Shown one piece after another: positions 1-12,331 of a stretch of DNA of 64,000 bases. Every line of letters begins with the position of its first letter. Position 1 is the stretch's first letter. Position numbers and translations under genes: made by a program. Location of the stretch: contig NW_026515683.1 of assembly GCF_025526975.1 (NCBI RefSeq), forward strand, positions 558,001-622,000, written 5' to 3'. The DNA comes from Fimicolochytrium jonesii. Lineage: Eukaryota. The notes beneath the pieces were generated by a model. That model ran no database searches, had not been told where the DNA came from, and saw only the letters and a program-made list of their open reading frames with translations.

Positions 1-2044
<2,044 letters not shown>

Positions 2045-3072
2045 GCGGAGGGACCAAACCGAGTGCAACACACCCACACACGGGGGTGGAACTAACATCC
2101 CCAATCTTGGGTCCCCACCATACAGTATATCCGCGGTATATGGCGTTGCGCCCCTCAGGACTTCCGAATAGGTTCTGTGGATGGGGGAGAGTAGAGTTCT
2201 GGGATGGTTCGATAGAGACTAGAGACGAGCCTTTTGTGTAGAGCGGATATGGAGGAATGGGCGATTGTAGATAGCTTGTGACATTGTCATTCGGGGGCGT
2301 ACACTTCGGTAGAGGTCGTGGGAATGTGGGGCGTTTTGTTTGCGTATTTGCGTTTAGTACAAGCAAGAATAATGGAAACGGAGCTACATATTACGTGCCG
2401 TAGCTTATTATACGCCATCACAGGGTTTCGGGGTTTATCCATATAACTGGTGGAGATGCGCAGCCTTCGATGACGAAGAAATCCCCATATGAGAGTCGTT
2501 CGGTCGATTCCATCCCCTTGTTGCCCCAGGTACTGATGTGTATCCCGGCTACACCACTTAACGCGCCACGAATGGTTCTCGTAAGCCAGCGCCTGTTTCG
2601 CGCGGCTGAGGTGACGACGGGGACCTGGAGCGGCAGAACGAGCCCGCGGTGTTGCTGCAGTGTGTGCTGCGCCTTCATGTGTGTTGCGCCTTCATGTGTG
2701 TTGGGCTCAACAATGTCAACGCGGCGTTCTGTGGCGATATGGTCGTGATAGAATCTCCCGTTTTCGCGGTTTCCGCAGGTCTTTCGAATCCGGTGATCGG
2801 GAACCGTTTGTACGGTCCCGACGCGCAGAGCTCGGATGTGTCCTCTCACTTTGCAAGCTCTTGGAACCGATCATTATCCCCGTTCGTGAGCTGAAGTCGA
2901 ATAGCAGCGTTGAAAACGCCGGCGGGCCGCCACCGATATCAAGAAGCCTTTCTTGGGCTGCCACTTTTCCCCTAGCCTTTCCCCCTGTCCGCCATTGTCA
3001 ATCGCCCCATCCCCGGATGCCCAGATTCCGCCAAAAATGAGTTTCCTTCTGTGTCGTGAGAATAGGAGCTCA

Positions 3073-3409
3073 TCAATCGGACCGGATTCGCCATGGTCGC
3101 CTGTCCATCGGACACTGTTCACGCGAATGTTCTTTCCCGATCCACTTTTCGATGCAGTGCATGTGGAATACGTGTTTGCATTCTCCCCAGACTATGAGAG
3201 AGAGAATCAGGACTGCGCTCACGTATAGGTGTCGAAGTATAAATTGCCCCACACTTACCTAAAGGACAGTCATCCCCAGGGATCTTGCAATCGGGACAAC
3301 ACCCGTCGAAAGGGTTGTAGCAGATCCCACAGGTTTCTTCGTCGCCGATCTCGCCCACGTCCCAGGACCAGGTTGCTACGGCCGTGTACTTTTTGAGATG
3401 CACTTTCAT
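3073..3409 (-). CDS. APC11: Anaphase-promoting complex subunit 11 (RING-H2), 2 exons
   Basis: MKVHLKKYTAVATWSWD...CGICYNPFDGCCPDCKIPGDDCPL, one intron (~3259-3193), then WGECKHVFHMHCIEKW...CPMDRRPW. Confidence 0.93.
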
Positions 3410-4259
3410 CGTTTTTGTCGTTGCGTGGGGAAACTGGAAACGATTGAGGAAACGTACGACGGGATTGAGGCCACGCGTGAGCGAGTTTAAATGCGCTTAA
3501 GTGACGCCACACGTGACTTACACGCTACGTAAGCTGCAAATGCTAACCCCGCCAATCCCGGGCGGCTAAAAATAACAACAGACGGATGTGATTCTCGACG
3601 CCCAGGCTGGCTGGCACACCACTTTGGCTTAGCCGCAAAACCTTGTTAACGTAAACCACGCTGGCTACACCGAGAGCCAACGACAGTGCCAACATCACGC
3701 ACGCATCCGGGACAGCAAACTTACATCCAGTTCCGACTGCAAACGCTATATACCTGGCTCCAAAAAAAACTCGCACTCCCGCCGCCACTTTTGTATACCG
3801 AATCCGAAAACTTACGCTTGCTGTTGCTGCATAATACTACCTTGTAGGTTGCTGCGCTGGGACAGGTCCTGGGGTGGATCATCGTGGGTGCGACATCGAT
3901 AGCCGGTGCTAGCTGCCGTGGGCGCGAACAGCGTTGAGGTTCTGTGATATTGAAACAGTGGCGGGAGGGACTTGCAGCTTCTATGGCTAGCTTGAACGCA
4001 TCTGTAGTCCGTTGGTGAAGAATATCGGGCCGCGAAACCCATCTTAATTAAACTTGCTCGTTCCACAGACACCCATCAATTGCAACCCAATACCTCACAT
4101 CCATCAAAGGACGACATTCCCCACCAACCCGGGCAGAACCTCACGAACGGGCCGCACCCACGCATAACTGACACGCCGCCCCGTTCGAACACCACCGATT
4201 GAAGAAATTTGTTCAGGCCCCTTCGGTCTTGCGCATACAACAGTACAGACCCGCACGTC

Positions 4260-5251
4260 ATGCCCAAGACTGAGGTCGAGGAAGTACAGGAGCTCGTACG
4301 TTGATGCGATTTTGATATGACACCGGGGTCTATTTTTTTGAGAGGCTGATGGTCGGACATTTAATGATATGATTGATCGCAGGTGGTGGTGGGATCTGGA
4401 GGAGTCGGCAAATCGTGTTTGACCGTTCGGTTTTTGAAGGATGAGTTTACGAACGATTATGACCCTACGATAGGTCAGTTCCCAACCCGCGTCGCATTCT
4501 CCAAAAAATTCGTTTACGTGGGGTTGTCCCGCGCAAAACAGGACCCCGCCGCTGATACCCCCCACCTCCCCCCATTTCTCAAATAGAGGAAAACTACCGC
4601 AAGCACATCACAGTCGACGCCTCCAACTGCACAGTCAACATCATCGACACCGCAGGGCAACACGAGTACACGGCCCTACGAGACCAGCACCTGAAAGACG
4701 GCAAAGGGTTCCTGCTGGTCTTTGCGGTGAACGATAAACATACCTTTGAGGAGGTTAAGCAGCTCAGGGAGCAGATTGTGAAGTTGAAGGATACGAAGAG
4801 GGTGCCGTTGGTTGTTTGTGGGAATAAATGCGTGAGTTTTTCCCGTTATTTTTGGGATGGTTGTGGACCGGGTGGGACGAACGGAACGCCGTGTTGACGG
4901 GGGCCTTTGGGAAATTTTAGGATTTACCGGAGGAGCAACATGAAGTCGATAACGCGGCCGTAGATGCTTTTTGCCAGCAACACAAGATCCCACTGCTGAA
5001 GACATCAGCAAAGGTGCGCAGCGTCCAGCCCCCACACAAGAAACCCACTTTTCCAGGTCCCAAACAAACTGCTCATCCGATTATTGATCCTCCCGTGATT
5101 TTAGGACAACACAAACGTGACAGAATCCTTCCACTCGCTAGTCCGCGAATGCCGGAAATACTTCCCAAACACGGGCACGGCCGCCGGCAGTCCCGGGAAG
5201 AGGCGGGAAACAAAGAAGAAGAGTGGAGGGTCCAAGTGCTCGATATTGTAG
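4260..5251 (+). CDS. Ras-family small GTPase (Ras/Rap/Rsr1-like), multi-exon
   Basis: G1 GSGGVGKS, effector loop YDPTIEENY, G3 DTAGQ, G4 NKCD, G5 TSAK, polybasic tail and CAAX box CSIL-stop. Four GT-AG introns. Confidence 0.93.
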
Positions 5252-6077
5252 TGGGGGGAAAGGCGCGCACGGGGGCCATTGACGTGAGGGGGGTTTTTGG
5301 CCTGCTGGAGGTGGGTATCTGTGCTTTCCGTCTTTTTTTTTTTCAGGTCGGGCGATGAGATGGGAGGGGACTACCTGCGTGGCGGTCGGTTGGGAGACGC
5401 TGTGGGATGGATATGCGGCGATCTATGGCATGCAGGAATTGAGGAGGATCAGAGATCCATCGTCCGCAAAACGATCATTCCACTAACATCCCACTCTCTT
5501 CCGATTTGCAGACGATTTCCCCTTCCACCACCTAGACATCCGCTTTTGATCCGTTCCACTTTCCACGACTTCCTTCCCTCGTGGGACTACTTCCGACACA
5601 CCACACAACCTTCCCTACACCTTTGCAGACGGTATACCTCCACCTACGACCACGTTAGGCTGTGTTCCTCTTTTCATCAATCGATTGACACCCATTCCCA
5701 TGAGGCGGAACCCTCCTCTCCCCGCTGCGGAATACCGTTTCCCGTGTTTCTCTCACACTTTCGCTTCCTACACCTCTTACAACCTCTTTGGCTTCCATTT
5801 CGGTTTTTTCGTTGCATATTATAAGATGTTTATTCTACTTTGAGACGAGCAATGTGCAGTCTGGTGCTTCTTGACGGAGACGGGGATGGTGGGAGAGCTA
5901 CCCTGCTAGTGATATGAGGGTTTTCCAAAAGGTCCGGCACGCCGCGTTGCTTTGCTAATAGTAGAACTAACTCTAGCCAAAAATGCGGCTCCGAGGCGTA
6001 CCGATGCCACCTTATACGGCAACCCGTCTATGAACCGCCGTCGAGCCACTGAGAGTCCTCATATGTGCCCCCTAGGA

Positions 6078-7507
6078 TCATAGTCCGGCAAAGATCCCAT
6101 TGAACGCCGAGAACACGGCGCGTTGGTACACAAACTTGGAGGTGAAGCCGCTTGCTTTCAGCTTGGTTGCCTTTTCGGGATCCTCCCAGTGCAGATGTCG
6201 TTGCCATCTGCGCATCGAACATGGGGTCAGCTCCAGCGTGCTAGGGATTAGAATGCAATGCTGCAGAAGTATGAGAACTTACGGGTCGTAGTAGGCATCC
6301 TTAACCGTCGTATAGGAAGGTAGCGAGTAACTGTAATCCATCGGATCAAACGGTCTCGTTTCTTCCTCATCCATCTCTTCATAGCTGTTTATTTCAGACT
6401 CCACAAATGCGGCAGGCAAGCGTTGTTGCAGCAGCTGATCAATATCGACTGCCCGCGGACGGTTGGCTTGTGCATTGGCAATCACGTCGCTTGCTGCTGT
6501 ATCTTCGTCCGCCTGTGTGGACAACTGTTAGGGAAGGCGTGCTTCTGTATCGTCGTCGAACGACTTAGCTCATCACTTACGAGTCGATTGATGATATCAT
6601 CCTTGGCTTGTTTCTTCACTCTAGCGTCCTCGATGATCGCCTGCTCGTAGGTCTCTCGTCGAATAATCTTTTCTTTCTTCTCGCGCTCTAATCGACCTTG
6701 CACCGTCCGATCCTCGATGATCTAACCACAGGAAATTGGCATGTGAGCATATTAGCTCGGACCTCTTAGAGGTGTTGACTGAGCTTCTCATGATCCCACC
6801 TGCTTTTGGATGTTTGCCGATATGGTATCCCTGTTTTCTGCTTCGTACTTCTTCACGCGTTCTCGCGTTTCTTTCACATCTACTTCGTTTATCAGATTGA
6901 ACACTGGAAGATGATGAGGGCTCAGTGTGATTTGCCAGTGAAACCGTCTGGTTCAACGAGAAAAATGCTCGGGGAGCCCACATACGGATTTCTTCTACTT
7001 CTTCCAGATAGTCGTTAAACGCTTTCAAATTGCCCTTGAAGTCCTCTAACCGCTTGTTATATCTTGATGAGCGAAAACAATCAGCCACAGATGTAGGATG
7101 GGTAGAGGATGCCTCCATTTCCCGCCACGGGTGCACACGCTGTGCACAACTCAACTCACATTCTTGCAATCTGCTTCCGGATTTGCACCTCCTTCTCCAC
7201 ATACAAGTCCTCAAACGTTTGTGCGACAAAGTTTTGTTTTTTCAAGATGGCTTTGCAGATAGGACATGGTGCGGCGCCTTGCAAGAAGAGTCGGTTGATG
7301 CACGTTTCGCACCTTCATTCCACACACGTTCAAAACAAGATCAAAACGAGTCAGAGAGTGCCACAGCAAAACAATTGGACGTTGAAGACCGTACATTTTG
7401 TGGAAACAAGGACTGACAAGGAGCTTCATATGCGGGTTCAAGTATCTGTCTGACTTGCAGACGGGACAAATGTCCCCGTCGAGGGTGGCCATGGTAATGG
7501 CAGCCAT
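6078..7507 (-). CDS. TFB3: CDK-activating kinase assembly factor MAT1/TFB3 (RING), multi-exon
   Basis: DICPVCKSDRYLNPHMKLLVSPCFHKM/CETCINRLF...CPIC, TFEDLYVEKEVQIRK, YNKRLEDF..L.AFNDYLEEVE and a C-terminal GGFT...AFNGIF segment. Confidence 0.93.
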
Positions 7508-7718
7508 GGTGTCGAGGACTTTGAGAAGGGAAGCCGAGTAAACTGGAGGGAGACGACGTCCGAAGCCTAATGATAACCCTTAACGGTGATGCGGTGGGAC
7601 AGACAGACACACAAGGTGGTAGGATTGCAGCGAGTTTGGCTCGATTTCCCACGAGTTTGGAATACGGGGATGTCGAGAATTGCTTCCCTTTTACTTTCGG
7701 CCTAAGCGGTGACAAACG

Positions 7719-8274
7719 AGTAGTATAGAATTGGCCACCATTTAACTACACTTTTGAAAAACCGTTATTTACCCTCATCTGAACCGCAAACCCGGTCCAA
7801 CAGGCCTCAGACCTGAATCTCGGAAAAAACCCCCTGGATAGGCCCCATATCAAGCCAGAGAGGTCTCAAATTCGGCTTAAAACTGTCAAGCTTGGAAAAA
7901 AGTCCAACGGAGTGGTGAGAGTCTGAAACTGTCCTAGGAAGCCTCCATTTCCACTCAACAAGGTGAAAAGTTGATTCCTTGATTTGAGTCCAATACGCTG
8001 CTTATGGAGACAAACAGCCTCAATTACGGCTCAGATTCTAAATCTGGGATCGGACCCAATAGGCTGCCAATTAGTTACAATTGGAACCAAGTCAGAGCTG
8101 TGCGCACAGACTTGCAACATCTCTGTGTGACACCGGTCTGTGCCATCCAGATTTTATCGGATAAAAAAAGTAGTATATAAAGGGTCAAAAATTTTACCCT
8201 TTATGCACCACCCCCAACAACTCTGTGCCAACGTCGCAAACACAGACTTTCGAAAACCCGCAACAACTCTGTGC
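7719..8274 (+). repeat. Left terminal inverted repeat of the Maverick-like element
   Basis: Reverse complement of 22615-23168, with only a handful of differences seen by eye. Confidence 0.95.
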
Positions 8275-8343
8275 CAACGTCACAAACACAGACTTTCGAA
8301 CACCCGCAACAACTCTGTGCCAACGTCGCAAACACAGACTTTC
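8212..8343 (+). repeat. ~46-bp tandem repeat (about 3 copies) at the inner TIR edge
   Basis: Unit CCCGCAACAACTCTGTGCCAACGTCGCAAACACAGACTTTCGAA; about 1.5 copies in the right TIR. Confidence 0.85.
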
Positions 8344-8347
8344 CAGC

Positions 8348-8998
8348 ATGTTTGAAACCCAGACTCCGGTCAGCCCTCTTCATCAGACCCTGCAGACTTC
8401 CGACAGTGATTTCGTGGCAGCCCCAGGAGCACAGACATCCCTCAGTAAATCTATACCAACCGTCGATCAGAACCAGCTGAAGAAGCTTACTTGTCCCCGG
8501 TGCATCAAAGCAGGATTTCTTGACGCTCCTCCGCACGCCAGCATTCGAAGCAAGCACTGTAGGTTCAACAAGAACAAGACTTCGGACACTGCTGTGTTTC
8601 TCAATGAGAGGACGGGTGCGGCGGAAGGGTTGGGGGCTGCTACCGTATCTACAGTGGAAAAGGATTCTACGGTCGCAGCTGTGAAGAACTCACCGTTTGC
8701 TGTGTTGGAGAGGAGCCCAATGCCTGCTGTGGTGGAAAAGGAGTCAGCGGTAGATGGTTCAGGAGTTGACCAGGATTCAACAGTCGCTGTTGTTGACAAG
8801 GATTCTACGGCTGTTGTTGAGGGTTCAACGGTTGAGGAAGAATTGACGGATGCTGTTGAGGGTTCAGCTGGTGAGGAGGAATCAACAGGCGCTGTTGAGA
8901 TGGAATCAACGGAGGCGCCAAGTCAACGGGTCTGTTTGCTTACCACTTATCACAAGAACGTCACGCTATCGATCGGCGGTACGGTTGCCGTCATCTAG
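8348..8998 (+). CDS. Hypothetical element protein with a Cys/His knuckle and an acidic low-complexity tail
   Basis: ATG at 8348 in the 8225-8998 ORF; CPRC...H...HC motif; repeated STVAVV.KD/E units. Confidence 0.45.
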   Translation: MFETQTPVSPLHQTLQTSDSDFVAAPGAQTSLSKSIPTVDQNQLKKLTCPRCIKAGFLDAPPHASIRSKHCRFNKNKTSDTAVFLNERTGAAEGLGAATVSTVEKDSTVAAVKNSPFAVLERSPMPAVVEKESAVDGSGVDQDSTVAVVDKDSTAVVEGSTVEEELTDAVEGSAGEEESTGAVEMESTEAPSQRVCLLTTYHKNVTLSIGGTVAVI

Positions 8999-9119
8999 AA
9001 CCGCTGGTGGCTAACTATTTTACTCCTTTCACTACTTCTCCAACTGTACAACCTTGGAGCTGTACAGTCAGCAGATAGTCTGGCTCAAAGCCAACTCATC
9101 AATAAAACTCTTTCTTTCC

Positions 9120-9422
9120 TTACTCGATCGGTCCCCCTTGCAGCCGCTCCACAAAGTCATCCGTGTGCCCATGCAGATTCTGTAGTTGTTTCAGACGCCC
9201 ATGGCTAGCCGTGGTGATCTTATTGCTGGTTTCGCGTATTTTGTTGCTGAAAAGTTCTGGTTTTTCTTGCACAGCTTTGTTAACGTGAGTGATGTACTTC
9301 TGCGCTGTCCCTGCATGCCTGACGGCTTGCGTAGCGAACGATCTCGCCTTGTTCAGGTACAACAGTGCATTGGTAAACAGATGGCGCGCTTTTGTCTTGA
9401 CGTTTTGAAGGAAACTGGGCAT
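9120..9422 (-). CDS. Hypothetical 100-aa helical protein (element-encoded)
   Basis: ATG-initiated intronless ORF, divergent from 9489 across a ~66-bp spacer; amphipathic N-terminus MPSFLQNVKTKARHLF. Confidence 0.5.
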   Translation of the reverse strand: MPSFLQNVKTKARHLFTNALLYLNKARSFATQAVRHAGTAQKYITHVNKAVQEKPELFSNKIRETSNKITTASHGRLKQLQNLHGHTDDFVERLQGGPIE

Positions 9423-9488
9423 GGAGGGCTAGGTTGTCTTAGCATACTATCATAGAATATTTTCTCAGCACTTGAGAAAGTACGAAGA

Positions 9489-10175
9489 ATGGCTGCGATT
9501 TACAGGGCTAACTATCAAGAGGCGCAGGGCGTCAATCGGCCCAAGTCCATTGCGTATCTTCGACGCCAACAAATCGGACAGGCTTTGGACTATGGTCACC
9601 TCGACGCGTATGGACGTCCCAATGTGAAGTACGCATGGAACAGGAACATTCATCAGCGGGATCTTGCAACTAAACAGAACTATGTTGACCCAAAGCACGA
9701 GACGGTCATCTCCTCAGTTGAAGAGCTGAAGCTCAACGCAGCTAAGCTCCAAACCAGGGCTTACAAAGACGCTATGGAGTTTCTAAAAGCTGAGAAGGGT
9801 TTTCGCGAACGGGAACTTTTCCTGGATCGCATTACGCCTTCGAGGAGGCCGGGAACGGCGGTTTCGGTTGGCACCTCCACCTCTACGAGCGGACTTCCTA
9901 TCCCGGATCAAACAGGATATGTTTACAACTATCCGGCTGAAGTGACCGCACAAACAGGGCTCCAATTTCAAGCTCCTGCTGGAGGTAAGGAGGTCCCCGA
10001 GGAAAAGCTGAACCTCAACACTAAGAATATGAACCCCATGATCCAGACACGGGAGACTGAGATCCGGTTGGATCCGGTTGACAGGACCTATAGAGTAGGC
10101 GTCGCTTCAAGAGTCGTGGATCGGCCCCCAAAGTTCACTCCACCGAAGGCCGATCGGTATGGGCTCAGCCCATAA
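9489..10175 (+). CDS. Hypothetical 228-aa protein (element-encoded; 3' end possibly chimeric)
   Basis: ATG-initiated intronless ORF with protein-like composition; no family recognised. Confidence 0.55.
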   Translation: MAAIYRANYQEAQGVNRPKSIAYLRRQQIGQALDYGHLDAYGRPNVKYAWNRNIHQRDLATKQNYVDPKHETVISSVEELKLNAAKLQTRAYKDAMEFLKAEKGFRERELFLDRITPSRRPGTAVSVGTSTSTSGLPIPDQTGYVYNYPAEVTAQTGLQFQAPAGGKEVPEEKLNLNTKNMNPMIQTRETEIRLDPVDRTYRVGVASRVVDRPPKFTPPKADRYGLSP

Positions 10176-10197
10176 AGTGGGGTGCACGTGAAGCCCC

Positions 10198-10706
10198 GTG
10201 ACCCATTTGGTTGCCAGCTGCTCGCTCAGGCCAATAAAGGCTTGCAGGCAAGCAGCGACTCTTACGCCTTTTCTCTTCATCGGAAAAGCAGCGCACATAG
10301 CATTCCAATCACGCAACCATCCGTGGGCCTTGGCGGCAGACACACACGTCACGGACAACATCCTGGAGGAGGCTGCGTCTGGTCGTCGGACACTGCTCTC
10401 TTCTACCGATACCATGCGCGCACCTTACTTCGTCATCAACCCGATGGGCGCGGTACCCAAGGCGAACAAACCTGATAAGATGAGAATCATTCACGACCAC
10501 AGTTGGCCCAGAGATGGATCAAGCGTTAACGATCGGATCATTCGCTCCGTTTTTGGCGACTGTCATCTCGACCATATTGAACACCTCGCCGAGCAGATTA
10601 TCGCTTACGCCCGCCGGAAGATACCTTGTGAAGTCTGGTCTACGGACACTGACGCCGCCTATCGAGTGAACCCTACACGACCTACAGATCAACTGCTTCA
10701 AGGCCT
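10198..10706 (+). pseudogene. DIRS/Ngaro-type (tyrosine-recombinase retrotransposon) reverse transcriptase N-terminal fragment
   Basis: PYFVINPMGAVPK..KPDKMRIIHDHSWP..GSSVND.I and W.TD..AAYRV.P..P.D..LQG match DIRS-type RT motifs. Cut off by the gypsy LTR at 10707. Confidence 0.75.
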
Positions 10707-11262
10707 TGTTATGGACGACGCGCCCATACCATAAGCTTACCTACTGACAGCCGCCAATGTCAACCGCCAAATGTCAAACGCCAATGTCAGATGTCAATGT
10801 CAGTGTCAATGTCAGTGTCAATGTCAATGTCAGTGTCAATGTCAATGTCAATGCCACTCCCCCTCTCTCCTCTCATTTCGCCAATCCTCTTGCAATATCG
10901 CCACTCCTCCTCTCTCCTCTCATTTCGCCAATCCCCCCTCGGCTTCTCCACACCCCCCACTGCTTCCCCATAGCCAGCAGCTGTAGCAATGCTCTCTACG
11001 CTCGCCACGCACGCTCTAGGAGCATAGCTGGCGCCCCCCAGTCCCCTCTTGTTGTTGTTGTTCTCTGATCTGCTGGGTTGCCTATCTATAAATAGCCGGC
11101 CTCTCTTCGTCCATTCCCTTCCTCCCCAGCAGATCAACACCAGTTCTTCTCATCTCCTGTTCTAGTCCTTGTTTCTTGTTTCGCCAATACAATCTCTTGT
11201 CGCCTATCACACTCGCCCTGTCTTCTCTACTTCGCTTCCGCCCCGTCGTCGAGATCATAACA
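10707..11262 (+). repeat. 5' LTR of gypsy copy A (556 bp)
   Basis: Starts TGTTATG and ends CATAACA (7-bp terminal IR). TATAAATA at 11087; (TGTCAR)n hexamer array at ~10785-10853. Confidence 0.88.
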
Positions 11263-11274
11263 GTTTGATCTGCT
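11263..11274 (+). promoter_or_regulatory. Self-priming primer-binding site
   Basis: GTTTGATCTGCT directly after the LTR is complementary over 10 bp to AGCAGATCAA at 11128-11137, ~35 nt downstream of the TATA box. Confidence 0.75.
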
Positions 11275-11380
11275 CCAACACTGAGAAGTTCAGAACCTGT
11301 CCAGCCCTGCATCCGACAAACCTTTTTCGCCATGTCCCAATCCCGAATCCGTACCTTTCACCGCCAAGCAATGGAACGAT

Positions 11381-12331
11381 ATGTGCCAAGCCATCGCCGC
11401 CTTGCAAAGCCAAAACGCCAACTTGCAGGCCAACCTTGCGCAAGCCCAAGCCGACGCACAAGCTGCCCAGAGCATCGCCGCCCAGGTTCAAGCCGATACG
11501 TACACCCGTCCCCAAGTCGCCAACCCTGCTCTGGAGCCAAGAATCAGCTCGCCCGAGAAGTTTGATGGTACCCGCAGCAAATTCCGTGGGTGGTTGAACA
11601 ACATCCGGCTGATGTTTGCTCTCCAGCCCGACCGCTACCCCAGCGACATCATCAAGATCCAAACTATTGGCACCTACCTCACCGGCACTGCGCAAGCCTG
11701 GATGGCGCCCCTAGTCAAATGCCAAGATCACAGCCTTCAGGACTTCAATAGTTTTATCAGTCAGATGCAATCGGTCTTCGGAGACAGCGACAGGGTCCGC
11801 ACCTCTGAAAACAAGCTCCAGAACCTTCGCCAAACCCGTGCAGCAACCGAGTACATCGCTGAGTTCCGCCAGCTACAATGCGATGTCTCCTGGAACGACC
11901 AGGCCCTGATTGCTACCTTCCGCCGTGGCCTCAAAGAAGACATCAAAGACCTGATGCTCACAATGCCCCCTGCGGCCACCATTGATGTGGTGATGGAGCG
12001 GGCTATCCAGTGCGATAACCGGCTGTTTGAGCGCCGCCTGGAGCGAAACAGAAGCCGCCAGACCTTCCCGGTTCCCCACACCTCGTTTACTACTACCACC
12101 ACTGTCGACCACAGCGAGCCTATGCAGATTGATGCCGCTCGTCCCCGCGGCCCTCTGAGCCCTGAGGAACGCCAACGCCGCATTTCCAACAACCTCTGCC
12201 TTTACTGCGGTGGCGTGGGGCACATTGCAAAAGTCTGCCCCGTCAAGAACAAGACCACCACCCGTGCCGCCAACGTCGACATCAAAGAACCCTCCACTGA
12301 ACAGGGTTTTCCCAAAGTCCAGCCGCAGTAA
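11381..12331 (+). CDS. Gag (retrotransposon gag capsid domain plus CCHC zinc knuckle)
   Basis: PEKFDG.R..FRGW, L.GTA..W, L..LRQ....EY..EFR, F.RGL, and CLYCGGVGHIAKVC. Confidence 0.92.
   Translation: MCQAIAALQSQNANLQANLAQAQADAQAAQSIAAQVQADTYTRPQVANPALEPRISSPEKFDGTRSKFRGWLNNIRLMFALQPDRYPSDIIKIQTIGTYLTGTAQAWMAPLVKCQDHSLQDFNSFISQMQSVFGDSDRVRTSENKLQNLRQTRAATEYIAEFRQLQCDVSWNDQALIATFRRGLKEDIKDLMLTMPPAATIDVVMERAIQCDNRLFERRLERNRSRQTFPVPHTSFTTTTTVDHSEPMQIDAARPRGPLSPEERQRRISNNLCLYCGGVGHIAKVCPVKNKTTTRAANVDIKEPSTEQGFPKVQPQ

Noticed and set aside
2418..3040. Overlapping ORFs downstream of APC11
   Set aside because: No recognisable domain or consistent splice model; probably UTR or intergenic.
3473..3516. 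ACGCGT (MCB-like) and CACGTG motifs upstream of APC11
   Set aside because: Single hexamers are expected by chance in GC-rich DNA.
8212..8343. Regularly spaced repeats resembling a CRISPR array
   Set aside because: Units are contiguous tandem copies with no unique spacers, in a eukaryotic context, with no cas genes.
10757..11140. CQCQCQ / VNVSVN / DIDID repeat proteins (also at 20173-20642)
   Set aside because: These are translations of the LTR hexamer microsatellite.
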